In this document: in pieces, positions 20,584 through 35,325 of the stretch | Layout: every line of letters starts with the position of its first letter | Numbering within the stretch: position 1 is the first letter of the stretch | Translations under genes and position numbers: made by a program | IMG/VR virus record: IMGVR_UViG_3300034091_000306 | Origin: an uncultured virus (IMG/VR IMGVR_UViG_3300034091_000306) | Taxonomy: Duplodnaviria > Heunggongvirae > Uroviricota > Caudoviricetes | Reading direction: 5' to 3' (one strand) | Length of the DNA: 64,000 nt | The notes under the pieces: model-generated | Told to the model about the DNA's origin: nothing | Seen by the model: only the letters and a program-made list of their open reading frames with translations | Databases searched by the model: none

Positions 20584-21768
20584 TCAGGTACCGCCTACCT
20601 TTACGATTCGCACCGAGCAGTTGATGTTGGTGGCGTAGGGCGATTCGCCTGTCGTGAATACAACGGTGACGTCGCTTCCGCTGATCGATGTTACTAGCGT
20701 CCAGTCGTCGACGGCCGGACTTCCGAACTGCGGAACGATTGGACCGACGCCTTCAATCGTCGGCACACCCGCCACTTGCATAAGACAGTAACTCTGCACG
20801 AATGCCTGAGCAACCTGAATGCCTGTAGTGCCGATGACGATGCACTCGATGGTGATGAGATAGGCGAACGCATCTTGAAGCGTGAAGTTCTGAATCTTAC
20901 CGATTAGCAGCGTGACAGTCTCTCCTGCAACGATACCGGGCGTTTGCCCCATCAAGGCAATATTGCTTTTCTGACAATCACCGTTACTAGCGTAGCTCGC
21001 AGGTTCATGCGCTTCTTCACCGTAATAGGTCGTAATGCTTTGACCGCCTGTAGCGACGCTATTCTCTGTAGTTGCGGCAGATCCAGCTCCGAGAGCTACG
21101 GCACCGATAGCACTCGCACTGCTTGCAAAGCCGCCGGCAAAGGCGCCCTCAAAATCGGCAGAGCAATTATCCCCCAAGGCAACGGCACCTTTGCCTGTTG
21201 CAATACAGGCATTACCGGCACTTACGGCGCCAAGACCGCCGCCATTCGCAGAGCAGTTTGGTCCGAACGCGAAGTCTCCAGCTCCGGTAGCCGATGCGCC
21301 AGTGTCTGCGCTAGCGAATGGTGTTTTGAGGAAAATGTTGGCTGTCCCAGCAGCTCCAGTCGCTCCGAATCCGACATTGTTGGTATTGACTGTCGAAAAC
21401 GGACCGCCGCTTACGGCCGCGCCATTGTTCGTAACAATGATTGTGTCGGGTGCTACGCCCGTCGATCCGGTCACGCCCGTCGGACCGGTCGATCCAGCGA
21501 CTCCTGTGATTCCTGTGATTCCGGTAGCGCCTGTGACTCCGGTAGCGCCTGTGACTCCGGTAGCGCCTGTGACTCCGATCGATCCAGTTGACCCGGTCGG
21601 ACCCGTAATTCCTGTCGATCCGGTAGATCCGGTCGTACCGGTCGGACCCGCTGATCCACCCGTGGCGCCCGTGGAACCTGTAGGACCGGTCGCCCCGCCG
21701 CCCCCACCAACGCTCTGGCGCTGACCGTAGGTGCTGAAGCGGCCGTTTCTTCCAGCGATGTCGCCCAT
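20584..21768 (-). CDS. collagen-like fibre protein 2 with YadA-head-like (Hep/Hag) repeats
   Basis: G-X-T stretch followed by 14-aa repeats [42 protein letters not shown]. Confidence 0.78.
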   Translation of the reverse strand: MGDIAGRNGRFSTYGQRQSVGGGGGATGPTGSTGATGGSAGPTGTTGSTGSTGITGPTGSTGSIGVTGATGVTGATGVTGATGITGITGVAGSTGPTGVTGSTGVAPDTIIVTNNGAAVSGGPFSTVNTNNVGFGATGAAGTANIFLKTPFASADTGASATGAGDFAFGPNCSANGGGLGAVSAGNACIATGKGAVALGDNCSADFEGAFAGGFASSASAIGAVALGAGSAATTENSVATGGQSITTYYGEEAHEPASYASNGDCQKSNIALMGQTPGIVAGETVTLLIGKIQNFTLQDAFAYLITIECIVIGTTGIQVAQAFVQSYCLMQVAGVPTIEGVGPIVPQFGSPAVDDWTLVTSISGSDVTVVFTTGESPYATNINCSVRIVKVGGT

Positions 21769-21792
21769 CGAGAAACCCCTCCTTGAGGAAAG

Positions 21793-21820
21793 CCCCCAAC
21801 TGTGGGTGCCTCGTCGGTCA
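21793..21820 (-). repeat. 27-bp dispersed repeat, copy 5
   Basis: Reverse complement TGACCGACGAGGCACCCACAGTTGGGGG, between divergent genes. Confidence 0.9.
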
Positions 21821-21856
21821 GATTGTCACGATCGTCTCGCGCAAGCAAATTCGCCG

Positions 21857-21875
21857 TGTTGCACGTTGTAGTGCA
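21857..21875 (+). promoter_or_regulatory. 19-bp operator motif, degenerate copy
   Basis: TGTTGCACGTTGTAGTGCA. Confidence 0.5.
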
Positions 21876-21921
21876 AAACGCGCTTGCCTCTCCGACCTCC
21901 GGTAGGCAAGGTGCGCGATCC

Positions 21922-22665
21922 ATGCGAACCCTTTTCACCATCGCTGCCGCACTCGGGCTCTTCACGTTCCTTTCTACGCCTTCTTTCTCAGAGGCATCGA
22001 TGATCGAAGCACCTCCGATCAAGGAGGTGATCTTGAAACAACTCATCGAAGAGACGTCGCCGCTCGAGGACGCGCATCATCGACAGCTCACTGTGTACAT
22101 TCTCGAATCGATGCGATCATGGGCGCCGCCTTCGACGATCGTGCAGACGCATTCCACAGCTTCGTACGCATCGATCGCGAAGGACATCGTGGATACGGTG
22201 CTCGATCCCGGCGAACCTAGTCTGTGGAAGGACGACAAACAGAAGACGAAGACCGCCGTTCTTTCCGCAACGATGGCTCTCTTCGAAGGTCACTACTGGA
22301 AGTACGTCGAAGACGGGACCTGCAACGCGAAGGATCGTTCGAACCCGGTTCTGAAAAATGGAACCTGTGACGGCGGCGCCGCCTACTCACTCTGGCAGGT
22401 CCATCCCATGCGCGGATTGGTATTGCTCGACAACGGCCTCTGGGGTTGGGCGGTCGATACGAAGAGATCGGACGTAGTCACGGGCGAGAAGCTCCTCGCC
22501 GATCGTCGCTTAGCAGCGAAGACCGCGCTTCATTTCCTTCGTGCGTCGATCAAACGTGATGGAACACTCTGCGAATACACGGGCGAATCGAAACCGTGCA
22601 AGAAGGCAGAACAGCGGATGAAATTCGCCGTCAACTGGCTCGAAAAACACCCGTTCGATCGTTGA
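21922..22665 (+). CDS. secreted protein, possible lysozyme-like fold
   Basis: Signal peptide MRTLFTIAAALGLFTFL; LFEGH and CDGGAAYSLWQV resemble the catalytic Glu and GLxQ motifs. Confidence 0.55.
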   Translation: MRTLFTIAAALGLFTFLSTPSFSEASMIEAPPIKEVILKQLIEETSPLEDAHHRQLTVYILESMRSWAPPSTIVQTHSTASYASIAKDIVDTVLDPGEPSLWKDDKQKTKTAVLSATMALFEGHYWKYVEDGTCNAKDRSNPVLKNGTCDGGAAYSLWQVHPMRGLVLLDNGLWGWAVDTKRSDVVTGEKLLADRRLAAKTALHFLRASIKRDGTLCEYTGESKPCKKAEQRMKFAVNWLEKHPFDR

Positions 22666-22757
22666 AAACAGCTCTTTTCGAAGGGAGCATGACCGGTCTT
22701 GGCGGTTGTCAAGACGCGACGTAGACAGACGCCAAGTTCCTGGGTACGCTGTACTCC

Positions 22758-23630
22758 ATGGACAAGGAATTCTGGAAAAGCTGGCCGGGCGTCGCAACCA
22801 TCACCGGCATCGGAGTCGCCGTCGCGGCGGGTCTGGCCTGGGCTGTCTCGAAGGCGTCAGGAACAGCTACTCCTTCAGGCGGCGGCGGTGTAACTCCGGG
22901 AGCTCCGGCAGCCACGCAGAATTACTACCTTTTCACTCTGACGACGCCGTATCTGAATACGGATGCGGCCGGAGTTGCTCAGGGAACAGCCTACGCGGCG
23001 ACCTTGGCAGCACTCAATCAGGCCGGCTTCGCGCAGGTCCAGCTCGAAGAAGATCCCCTCAGCACGACTGGTTGGATCGGAACCGGCCTCTGGACAGCTG
23101 CCGGTACGCCAAGTTCTACAACACTTCCTGCCGGTGGGTACGCATTCGCAGCGCTTCCGGTGAACAACGGTTCGCTCGCCAGCCCCTCGACCACTCCAGG
23201 CCTCACCTCATTGGGACTGCGTCCGCCTACTGTCGCAACGCCGTGCGCCATCGCGAATCTCGGCAACTGGTACACCTTCACCGTGCAGACATCCTTCATT
23301 TCGGGCGTTGCGCCCGCGACGGCGATTGCCATGGCGGCTGTACAGAACGTTCTCGGTCAGATGGGGTGGTCGAGCCCTACCGGCAGCGCCGGTATTTTGG
23401 TCTCAGGATCTTCGAGCAACAATCAACGGTGGAACGTCGCCGCGCAGTGGGCAGGTACAGGTGCGGTGGGTACGCCGGGAAGCGTCGGCTATCAGGCTGC
23501 GACCTCGACAACCTCGCAGGATCGGCCGCCGCTCCTCATTTTCGTGCCGCCGGTCGGATCTGCTACGACAAATCCCTGTCCGGTGGATACGGGATCGACG
23601 TCTACGCCGACGTCCGTCTCGAGCGCCTGA
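22758..23630 (+). CDS. membrane-anchored protein (N-terminal TM, Thr/Gly-rich ectodomain)
   Basis: VATITGIGVAVAAGLAWAV helix; two similar YxFTxxT modules. Confidence 0.65.
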   Translation: MDKEFWKSWPGVATITGIGVAVAAGLAWAVSKASGTATPSGGGGVTPGAPAATQNYYLFTLTTPYLNTDAAGVAQGTAYAATLAALNQAGFAQVQLEEDPLSTTGWIGTGLWTAAGTPSSTTLPAGGYAFAALPVNNGSLASPSTTPGLTSLGLRPPTVATPCAIANLGNWYTFTVQTSFISGVAPATAIAMAAVQNVLGQMGWSSPTGSAGILVSGSSSNNQRWNVAAQWAGTGAVGTPGSVGYQAATSTTSQDRPPLLIFVPPVGSATTNPCPVDTGSTSTPTSVSSA

Positions 23631-23642
23631 GGAGAACCGCAG

Positions 23643-23819
23643 GTGACAGCTCCGTCGACACCGCCGCAGGGACCCTCTACGGCGGCGTTCACGCAGAGCA
23701 TGATGATTCTCTTTGCGGTGATGCTCGGCACGGGACTCAGCGTGGGGACAACCATTTTTCGTGCTACCACCAGGCCGAATCCCACGCTTCTTGAGCGCGT
23801 TCCACGTCGCCGACATTGA
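23643..23819 (+). CDS. 58-aa membrane protein (below the ORF-track cutoff)
   Basis: GAGGAG RBS and GTG start; MTAPSTPPQGPSTAAFTQSMMILFAVMLGTGLSVGTTIFRATTRPNPTLLERVPRRRH. Confidence 0.6.
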   Translation: MTAPSTPPQGPSTAAFTQSMMILFAVMLGTGLSVGTTIFRATTRPNPTLLERVPRRRH

Positions 23820-23823
23820 AAAC

Positions 23824-23842
23824 TGCACTACGTCGTAATGCA
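23824..23842. promoter_or_regulatory. 19-bp near-palindromic operator motif
   Basis: TGCACTACGTCGTAATGCA, 3 nt before repeat copy 6. Confidence 0.7.
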
Positions 23843-23845
23843 GAG

Positions 23846-23872
23846 TGACTGACGGGGCATCCACGGTGGGTG
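23846..23872 (+). repeat. 27-bp dispersed repeat, copy 6 (degenerate)
   Basis: TGACTGACGGGGCATCCACGGTGGGTG. Confidence 0.7.
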
Positions 23873-23925
23873 TGACTGCGCTCATGGGGTCGTGTAGCCT
23901 TCTCTTGACGTTCAGAGAGAGGTAA

Positions 23926-26964
<3,039 letters not shown>

Positions 26965-26981
26965 AAAACAGGAGACCAATC

Positions 26982-27266
26982 ATGGCTGATTTGAACGCTC
27001 TCGCTGCTGCCGCTGGTTCTGCGAAGACGGCATGGCTCGCCACAAAGAAAACACGCGAGGCTTACGAGCCGACCTGGGATGCTGCCTTGAACGCATGGGG
27101 CATCGGAAAAGGACCTGTGCCGAATCCGCTCCCGAGTCCGATGCCTGATCTCCAAACGATTGGAGCGCAACACTCGGCGAACAAAAGCGCAGAAACAAGC
27201 GCTCGAACAGTGTGGCAAGCCGCGGAAGCCGCCGTGAAGGCCGCTGAAAAAGCTGCTGGAATGTAA
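26982..27266 (+). CDS. Ala-rich 94-aa protein, paralog of 32120-32407
   Basis: AGGAG RBS; AKTAWLA...AYEPTWDAALNA...PMPDLQTIGAQHSANK. Confidence 0.75.
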   Translation: MADLNALAAAAGSAKTAWLATKKTREAYEPTWDAALNAWGIGKGPVPNPLPSPMPDLQTIGAQHSANKSAETSARTVWQAAEAAVKAAEKAAGM

Positions 27267-27267
27267 T

Positions 27268-27286
27268 TGCACTACGCCGTAATGCA
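27268..27286. promoter_or_regulatory. 19-bp near-palindromic operator motif
   Basis: TGCACTACGCCGTAATGCA, 4 nt before repeat copy 7. Confidence 0.7.
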
Positions 27287-27290
27287 AAAT

Positions 27291-27322
27291 TGACCGACGA
27301 GGCCCCCACAGTTGGGGGGGGG
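27291..27322 (+). repeat. 27-bp dispersed repeat, copy 7
   Basis: TGACCGACGAGGCCCCCACAGTT followed by a G9 run. Confidence 0.9.
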
Positions 27323-27411
27323 TCGTGGCCTTTTATCTTCGAAGGACCGAACAGAACGGGAGCGTGGTAAGATCTCGTGGCGAACGTCAAGATCTGATCG
27401 ACCGTTTCTGA

Positions 27412-28572
<1,161 letters not shown>

Positions 28573-28601
28573 TCTAACTACCCATTAGAGGAGGGCCGAA
28601 G

Positions 28602-29003
28602 ATGAAATTGTTCCCGTTCAGCAACTGGCAGGAAAACACGTTCCCGTTTCTGTCAGCCATCGTGGATGAAAGCCTGATCCCGGCGCTGCCTCCACCGATC
28701 GACACAGCATTCTTGGATTCATTGGCAGCAGCTAATCCTGTTCAAGTCTACCCTACAGTTCAAGGAACGTATCTCGCCGGACAGAGCGTAGACGCCACTA
28801 GCATCAGCGTATTTGCAGTGGCGGTATCTCTAGGCCAATCATGGCTAGGGTATCTAAACGGATCCTCGTTTAGTAACGTGCCTCAGGCGTACGGATCTCC
28901 GGCGAACTATACATTCAACGGTGTCGTGTATTCGATGCAGGTGTTCTTCCTTGGATCGGCAGGAATCGGCAGTCTCGGTACCGGGTGGTTGCTCAAGCCT
29001 TGA
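28602..29003 (+). CDS. hypothetical protein
   Basis: GAGGAGG RBS; 133 aa. Confidence 0.6.
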   Translation: MKLFPFSNWQENTFPFLSAIVDESLIPALPPPIDTAFLDSLAAANPVQVYPTVQGTYLAGQSVDATSISVFAVAVSLGQSWLGYLNGSSFSNVPQAYGSPANYTFNGVVYSMQVFFLGSAGIGSLGTGWLLKP

Positions 29004-29019
29004 TCGAGGAATTTTAGCT

Positions 29020-32000
29020 ATGTCTGGACAACCTAATGTCACCGGTCTTCCCTCCCCGGCAGGCGCCCTAAACGATGCCGCGTTTCTAGGATCCAGCACG
29101 GCCGCCCCCACACTTGTGTTCAAGCCGGGGGTCACGTTCAGCAATAACGGACCGATCCGTCAGAATACATACACATCTCCAAACAGCACTGGAATTGATG
29201 GACTTGTTCTTCTCCAGAATACCCTCCTAGGGAAGGCGTTCTTTCCGAACCTCCCGCTCCCCTCCAGCATCGTCGAGCTCGACTTCAGCGCCAATTCCGA
29301 CATCTTCTCGCTCACCGCCAATCTCAATTTCGGAAAAAACTGCACGCTCAAAGGTCTCATCAATCAGACAAATGGCGTTGTGCCGAGTCTGAGGACGAGC
29401 ACCTTCACCGTCGTTCCGCCGCTCGAAATCAAAAACGTTCAACTTCAGGGACAAGCGACAAGCGGACAGGTTTTCACGGCGACGCCGGAATCGATCACAT
29501 TTAGCGGTCAAACTGCCGTTAGCACTCCGAATGGCTTCCCGCTCTACGCGATGTCAAGTGGGACAAGCACCATCACGTTGAGGGATACAGCGACACTCGG
29601 CGACGGCGCGAATCCAGTCGTCGATGTCACGGGCGGGACATTGACTGTCAACCTATTTGACGGCGCAACTATCAGTGCGATTGCATTGGCGCCTACCGCG
29701 CCAGGTACGATTGTCCTCAACGTCTATTCGTCAGCCGTGTCAATCGATCCGAGCTACAAGACGAACCCGCGAGTCACAATCAACAGCTTCGCTACAGGCG
29801 GCGGTACCGGCCCCACAGGCGCAACAGGTCCTACGGGTCCTACAGGGGGTATGGGAGGTACGGGTCCTACCGGTTCCACAGGCGTGACGGGTCCGACAGG
29901 TTTCACGGGCACTACTGGGTTCACGGGCGCTACTGGGTTCACGGGCGCTACTGGGTTCACGGGCGTGACGGGCGCCACAGGTCCTACTGGACCAGCTCTC
30001 CCCTTCGACGTGACATTCCAGCCTGGCGGCACGGCCGGTACGGACGTTTATACAACAGAAGCGACTCTCATTGCGGCCCTTTCAGGGATGACCTCCGAGC
30101 ATCGGGTCTACATAGATCTAAGCCATCATGGCGACGATTTCAGCCTAACGCAGAACTGGAATTTGGGATCCAACGCGCGGCTTATCGGAGTTGTAAATCA
30201 GTCCGACGCCGCATTTCCTGAATTGGACTTCGGCGTGCACACAATGACGCCGCCGCCCATTGAAACTCAAAGTCTCGTCATCACTACGGGCGGAAGCGGC
30301 CCCACATTTACAATCCCTCCTGGATCAATTCAGATATCCGGCTACACGGACATTGCAACAAGTCCGGGAAATCCATTGTATGCCGTAACTAATGTCGATT
30401 ACTGCTACATCTCTGATCAGGCTTCAATCGGTGACGACGTCAATGCAGTCATGACGATTGGCGTAAGCGCAACGCTCGTCGTTTCTATTGTCGCAAGTGC
30501 CGGTCAAACCTTTGGCGTACAGAACATTGCAGCCAATGCCTTCTCTATTACGGCTGGCGGCTCCGTCCTTATTTACGCACAGTTCGCGTCGCAGATTGAT
30601 AGTAGTTATTTTACGATGGCTGGAGTCACAGTCTATCTGTCCGACACGCAACCCGGCAATACGGTCATCTTTCAGCCTAGCGGTACGCCGAAGACGAATC
30701 AGTACACAACACAGACTGCCGCCGCATCAGCTGTATCGGGTTTGAATGGCATCTCGATACTCGAACTAGATTTCAGTACAGTAAGCGATGACTATGCTCT
30801 CAGCGCAAATCTCACGCTCGGGAACACAACCACGCTGCAGGGCATTATCGATACGGCAACCGGCATCGTTCCGATTTTCGAGACCAACGGGTTTACCGTT
30901 ACACCACTCATCGAGATCAGAGACGTTCAGTTCGAGTCAGAGGACGGCACTACATTCACGAGTGTCCCCACGAATTTGACAATTTCTGGGCGTTCGACGG
31001 TCACCGCAGACGGAATCGCGCCCCTATATACGGTCCCCTCTACAGGCCCGAATTGCGTTCTATTCCTACAGGACGAAAGCGTTCTAGGAGATGACGCAAA
31101 CAACGTCATCACAGTCGAGGGTAGACTCTTGGTATACGTCAACGATTTTGCTTCGCTTGAAGCGTTCGCCATCGCGCCGTCGGGTGCGGGTCAAATCTTC
31201 ATCTACGCGACGCAGTCTGCTTCCGTCGATCCGTCCTACGAGATGCTTGCGGGTGTGCAGCTGTTCGTCTTGAATCCGATGAGTCCGATCTTCGCGCCCG
31301 GATTGGACACCTCCCTATACGAGATCGGTACTAAGAACATAGTCACGACGGAGACCGCGTTTATCGGGCTCATCCTCGCCGCAAATGAGAGCTCGAACCT
31401 TCCTCCGACGTACTATTTCGACTTCTCGTCGAATGGTGGTGTGTATACGCAAACGACGAATTGGGCATCCGCTCGATTCTGGACTGGAGCTACGTGGGTA
31501 GGCGTTCTCGATTCCTACTTTGCCGGGAGTACCGTCACAGCTCCGCCCGTACTCACGTTGACAACACTCAATGCAGTGCCATTTGAAATTCGAGATCTCC
31601 AGGTTCAGTGCGCAACTGGATCACGCTTCGATTCGAGCACAAGCTTCTTCCGCCTAAGTGGGTACGCATCGTTGATCGCGCAGGTCAACGCAAGTTTGTG
31701 GACGGATGTTCCTAGTCTTACGATCGATCTTCGCGATGCATCTACGTTGGGAGACGGCACACACTATCTCTACGAAGCTCCCTCGAGCTCTACGGCAATC
31801 GTCAATCTCTATGACGGCGCAACGTTGAACAATGGTGCGTTCGATCTATCAAACGCGGGTGCCACACTCGTCATCAACGTCTATTCATCTGGGGCACAAA
31901 TAGACCCCAGCTATTTCACGCTTGCAAATTGCACCGTAACCTATCTGCCAGGGGTAGTTTCGCACGGCGCGGGTTCCCCAAATGGTGTCGTTACCGCAAG

Positions 32001-32100
32001 TCCGGGAGCCCTATACGTGAGCACGACCGGCGGTGCGGGAACAACACTCTGGGTGAAGGAGACGGGTACGAGCACCAACACAGGGTGGGTCGGCAAATAA
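29020..32100 (+). CDS. large modular fibre/spike protein with short collagen linker
   Basis: Four homologous ~200-aa modules (FxPG...TT...DFS...xD[PS]SY), GPT/GFT linker, C-terminal [17 protein letters not shown]...LWVKETG..NTGW fibre/spike-type motif; GAGGA RBS. Confidence 0.8.
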   Translation: MSGQPNVTGLPSPAGALNDAAFLGSSTAAPTLVFKPGVTFSNNGPIRQNTYTSPNSTGIDGLVLLQNTLLGKAFFPNLPLPSSIVELDFSANSDIFSLTANLNFGKNCTLKGLINQTNGVVPSLRTSTFTVVPPLEIKNVQLQGQATSGQVFTATPESITFSGQTAVSTPNGFPLYAMSSGTSTITLRDTATLGDGANPVVDVTGGTLTVNLFDGATISAIALAPTAPGTIVLNVYSSAVSIDPSYKTNPRVTINSFATGGGTGPTGATGPTGPTGGMGGTGPTGSTGVTGPTGFTGTTGFTGATGFTGATGFTGVTGATGPTGPALPFDVTFQPGGTAGTDVYTTEATLIAALSGMTSEHRVYIDLSHHGDDFSLTQNWNLGSNARLIGVVNQSDAAFPELDFGVHTMTPPPIETQSLVITTGGSGPTFTIPPGSIQISGYTDIATSPGNPLYAVTNVDYCYISDQASIGDDVNAVMTIGVSATLVVSIVASAGQTFGVQNIAANAFSITAGGSVLIYAQFASQIDSSYFTMAGVTVYLSDTQPGNTVIFQPSGTPKTNQYTTQTAAASAVSGLNGISILELDFSTVSDDYALSANLTLGNTTTLQGIIDTATGIVPIFETNGFTVTPLIEIRDVQFESEDGTTFTSVPTNLTISGRSTVTADGIAPLYTVPSTGPNCVLFLQDESVLGDDANNVITVEGRLLVYVNDFASLEAFAIAPSGAGQIFIYATQSASVDPSYEMLAGVQLFVLNPMSPIFAPGLDTSLYEIGTKNIVTTETAFIGLILAANESSNLPPTYYFDFSSNGGVYTQTTNWASARFWTGATWVGVLDSYFAGSTVTAPPVLTLTTLNAVPFEIRDLQVQCATGSRFDSSTSFFRLSGYASLIAQVNASLWTDVPSLTIDLRDASTLGDGTHYLYEAPSSSTAIVNLYDGATLNNGAFDLSNAGATLVINVYSSGAQIDPSYFTLANCTVTYLPGVVSHGAGSPNGVVTASPGALYVSTTGGAGTTLWVKETGTSTNTGWVGK

Positions 32101-32119
32101 ACAACTTTAGGAGAAAATC

Positions 32120-32407
32120 ATGGCCACTGACATCAATCCTCTCGTCGCAGCGGCCAGCGCCGCAAAAACCGCGTGGCTCGCCGCAAGAGCGACACGCACT
32201 GCCTACGAGCCGACCTGGGATGCAGCTCTGAATGCGTACGGTCTCGGCAAAGTAAAGATTCCGAGTCCGCTTCCCAACCCGATGCCCAATCTCCAGACAA
32301 TCGGAGCGCAGCATTCAGCGAACAAACAAGCAGAAGCCGCTACTTGGACGACTTGGCGAGCTGCAGAAGCCGCCGTGAAGGCCGCTGAAGCCGCTGCCGG
32401 AATGTGA
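32120..32407 (+). CDS. Ala-rich 95-aa protein, paralog of 26982-27266
   Basis: AGGAG RBS; long identical peptide blocks shared with 26982. Confidence 0.75.
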   Translation: MATDINPLVAAASAAKTAWLAARATRTAYEPTWDAALNAYGLGKVKIPSPLPNPMPNLQTIGAQHSANKQAEAATWTTWRAAEAAVKAAEAAAGM

Positions 32408-32413
32408 AAATAT

Positions 32414-32867
32414 TTAGCGAAGATGACTCGGTAGTGTACGACGAGCGCCAGGATAGAAGTAGGCTGTCAGACAAAATGGTTCTACGCCTACGACGAAAAA
32501 ATGTCCTCCGCTAATTCGTCTGATTTCAAATAATGCCGCATCGACGTCGTCCACGTATTCGAGGACGCAAGAGACAAAGACGACGCAGCTATCGTCGGCG
32601 ATCGGGATCACTTTCGTCACGTCACACCGCAGATGATTCGGGCAGAAGGATGGTGCGAGATCGATCGACTGGTCGCCGCACCCATAGCCCGACGTAACAC
32701 CGCCATCAGGGGGCGCCCACGACGACGAGAGGGCGTCCCAGCGCAGCAGCGTGCGCGGACGCCTGCTTGTACACCGACGCTCGACGGATGCGCCTACGAG
32801 CCCACCAGGCAGCCTCCCAGGCCGCCACGACGGCGGCGGCCTTCACGATCAAAGGACCGGCAGACAT
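32414..32867 (-). pseudogene. methyltransferase-like membrane-associated protein, frameshifted at a G5 run (32709-32713)
   Basis: MSAGPLIVKAAAVVAAWE...RPLVVVGAP joins DGGVTSGYGCGD...CVLEYVDD if one G is removed. Confidence 0.55.
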
Positions 32868-32887
32868 ACGCTACAGTATACCTGTAC

Positions 32888-32915
32888 TGACCGACGAGGC
32901 ACCCACAGTGGGGGG
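32888..32915 (+). repeat. 27-bp dispersed repeat, copy 8
   Basis: TGACCGACGAGGCACCCACAGTGGGGGG, between divergent genes. Confidence 0.92.
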
Positions 32916-32934
32916 CCTCTGGTACGCTTGGGCT

Positions 32935-33480
32935 ATGACGGAGAACCCTGATCCCGGGCCGTTCGGCGCGCCTGAGCCAGATTCGATGGTGGAGATCCTG
33001 AAAGAACTCCGGGACGAGCTACGCGCCGCGCGAGCGGTACGTCATGCGCCGCGTCCTTGGTACGTTCGGGAGCCGGCCAAGGGGGTCCTCACGCACACCC
33101 TGGCGGTCCTTGTGGCCTTGTCGCTCGGCTTCGTCTTGCATGCCCTCACGGGAGCGTCGATCACGATCGAGGCGAAGGGCGAGAAGCAGGGGGAGCATGT
33201 GGAGACCGTCGGCATCGCCCCGCCGCCAGCCACCGCAGCGCCAAGCATCGACCTTCCCTCCGCGTTCGCCTACGTGCCGCCTCCTCCTTCGCCTCCTCCA
33301 GCGCCGAACGTGAAGGTCCGCGGCCGAGCTATCCCGCAAGCTATCGCGGCAGCGCCGGCAGCGGCTCCTCCGCCGGCTGCGACGACGCTTTCCGTGCCTA
33401 TTCCGGGACCCGAAGAGCCCAAGCCGCCCATGATGACAGCCTCGCCGCCAGCTGCGCCGGCCAGCGCCGCTACGAAGTAG
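32935..33480 (+). CDS. Pro/Ala-rich single-pass membrane protein
   Basis: MTENPDPGP start preceded by TGGTACGCT; TM helix TLAVLVALSLGFVLHAL. Confidence 0.6.
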   Translation: MTENPDPGPFGAPEPDSMVEILKELRDELRAARAVRHAPRPWYVREPAKGVLTHTLAVLVALSLGFVLHALTGASITIEAKGEKQGEHVETVGIAPPPATAAPSIDLPSAFAYVPPPPSPPPAPNVKVRGRAIPQAIAAAPAAAPPPAATTLSVPIPGPEEPKPPMMTASPPAAPASAATK

Positions 33481-33760
33481 GCACCCCCACCCCCACTGTG
33501 GGTGCCTCGTCGGTCTCCTTGAGTGCAAGCGCTCGAGATTTGCCGCCGAGTCGTCCGATCGCGCGCATGTGCTCACGGTCTTGCGAGACCGTCTTACCGC
33601 CTTTCTTGCCGGCCTCACGCGCCTCTGCGGGATTGAATGTGTGCGCCGATCCGCGCTCATGAACAGCAATGCCGCCTTTACGCGCGGTCTCGCGTTGCTT
33701 CTCGGGATCCCACGACGCAAATCCGCGTTTCGACTTCTTCTTCTTCTCTTCAAGAGTCAT
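33470..33760 (-). CDS. KGG-repeat stress-induced protein (YciG/Con-10-like)
   Basis: RGFASWDPEKQRETARKGG, HTFNPAEAREAGKKGG, DREHMRAIGRLGG. Confidence 0.88.
   Translation of the reverse strand: MTLEEKKKKSKRGFASWDPEKQRETARKGGIAVHERGSAHTFNPAEAREAGKKGGKTVSQDREHMRAIGRLGGKSRALALKETDEAPTVGVGVPTS
33490..33515 (-). repeat. 27-bp dispersed repeat, copy 9 (in the KGG gene tail, read as TDEAPTVG)
   Basis: Reverse complement GACCGACGAGGCACCCACAGTGGGGG. Confidence 0.9.
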
Positions 33761-34911
33761 TGATTCACCATCTTCAAAGCTTCAAACTCGATCTCTTCGA
33801 TGCACCCGGCCTCGCGAAGCTGCTGAATGACATCGTTGCCTTGCACCAATCCCAAGGCCCTCTTGATAGATGCTTGGCTCAAGTTACTCATTTTACCGGG
33901 AACGATCTTCGCGTACTTGCCGTTATCCAATTCCAACGGCCCGTTGTCTTTTACGTACTGCGTGATCCGTTCGCGGACTTTCTTTACGAGATTCTCAGCG
34001 GCTAATAGCCGCCCATAGACCATCCCCATTTGATCTCGATCGAGTGCGCCGTCGACGAAGTCTCTTAGTAGCAACGGAGCGTTATAGGCGCCGGCTTGCG
34101 CGGGACATACTTCCAAGGCATTGCACCAGTTGCAGTATGTCCCCGGCACCATTGCTGGATTCTTGCTGAGCATGCTCCGCATCGCAATTTTCAGTTTGTC
34201 TCGATGCGCTTCTATCTCCTCGATCGTTGTAGCAGCCTCGTAGGGCTCCATGAAGTCGTCGTCGATTCGAACGATGACGCGAATGGGCGGTAATCGCCCT
34301 CGAATTTTGTGGCTAGCACAGGACAAAGAGAGCATCTGTTCGTTGACGTCGATGTCGTAGGCCTTCTGGCCTGTCTTCCAGTCGAAGAGGACATCGCGCT
34401 TTGAGTCTAATATCCCGAGATCGACTGTCCCGGGCAATTCGGTAATGCGCTTACCGCTATAGTCGCGCTCTCCCTTCGACTGCAGCACTCGTCCAGTGTC
34501 GGCGAAGGGGTCGTACGCCAATTTTGTCTCGACCCAGCGCTCCTCGTCCCACCACGATCGTTTCTTCAACAGCTTCTCCACAGCCTCGCTGCCGCGGCGG
34601 AAGTAGTCATCGAGACGCTCACGGTCGACCGCGAACTCCTTCGCGATTTTCACGAGCGGAGGGCGCTTGCGAAGAAGAAAGAGCTCCATGGCCTTGTGAA
34701 AGGCTCGACCGAAGCGGGGCGCGTCAGGTACCTTGCGGATGTCTTGCGCCTCGGGAGGGAGACGCACGGCGGGATTTCCCCACCACTGGCAGCGGAGAAG
34801 CAAATCCGTCTTGCTGGCTGAGGCGTTGTGCTTCCCCGTCGCTACCTGAGTCATTTCCACCGCTTGTGCTCTTGTCGCCACCATCACCATGTTCTCCTTC
34901 CCCACGTCCAA
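33757..34911 (-). CDS. PD-(D/E)xK exonuclease (Cas4/RecB-like)
   Basis: SAS...C, GRAFH, VETK, GTVD, DWKTG, Q, PGTYCNWC...CP. Confidence 0.8.
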   Translation of the reverse strand: MDVGKENMVMVATRAQAVEMTQVATGKHNASASKTDLLLRCQWWGNPAVRLPPEAQDIRKVPDAPRFGRAFHKAMELFLLRKRPPLVKIAKEFAVDRERLDDYFRRGSEAVEKLLKKRSWWDEERWVETKLAYDPFADTGRVLQSKGERDYSGKRITELPGTVDLGILDSKRDVLFDWKTGQKAYDIDVNEQMLSLSCASHKIRGRLPPIRVIVRIDDDFMEPYEAATTIEEIEAHRDKLKIAMRSMLSKNPAMVPGTYCNWCNALEVCPAQAGAYNAPLLLRDFVDGALDRDQMGMVYGRLLAAENLVKKVRERITQYVKDNGPLELDNGKYAKIVPGKMSNLSQASIKRALGLVQGNDVIQQLREAGCIEEIEFEALKMVNQ

Positions 34912-35248
34912 CGCGCTGCATTACGAGAGCCCGGATCCACGGGCTCGGGATTGTTCCCTCCTTGTCCGCTGCGCGTACGACGAGGAGCCAGTCGGCGGGG
35001 CGGAAGCGGATGCAGATCTGGGAGCCTGTTCCACGCTTCGTCTTGTCGAGGGCAAGAGGGACGACGTCGGAACGATGGTTCCCGAGCACGAGAGCGGCCC
35101 TGGCAAGGGCGACCTCTCGAATCCAGACGGAACGTGCGAGACCGTCCATCTCTGCGACGCGGTCGATCCTGTGCAGGTCTCCTTCGTGGAAGCGCACGCA
35201 GAGAGGATCGGCGTGCGCGAGCGTCGCAGCTTCCTTGTCCTTCGCCAT
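34724..35248 (-). CDS. tandem ribbon-helix-helix DNA-binding protein
   Basis: Two repeats: LCVRF...IDRVAEMDGLARSVWIR and ICIRF...VVRAADKEGTIPSPWIR; the C-terminal overlap with the nuclease gene may be artefactual. Confidence 0.65.
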   Translation of the reverse strand: MAKDKEAATLAHADPLCVRFHEGDLHRIDRVAEMDGLARSVWIREVALARAALVLGNHRSDVVPLALDKTKRGTGSQICIRFRPADWLLVVRAADKEGTIPSPWIRALVMQRVGRGEGEHGDGGDKSTSGGNDSGSDGEAQRLSQQDGFASPLPVVGKSRRASPSRGARHPQGT

Positions 35249-35278
35249 GACCGCAGAGTATCAGACTGCCGTACATTT

Positions 35279-35297
35279 TGCTATACGGCGTAGTGCA
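35279..35297 (+). promoter_or_regulatory. 19-bp near-palindromic operator motif between divergent RHH and helicase genes
   Basis: TGCTATACGGCGTAGTGCA. Confidence 0.72.
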
Positions 35298-35325
35298 ACG
35301 AGAAATCAGGGGAGATCAAGAGAAA

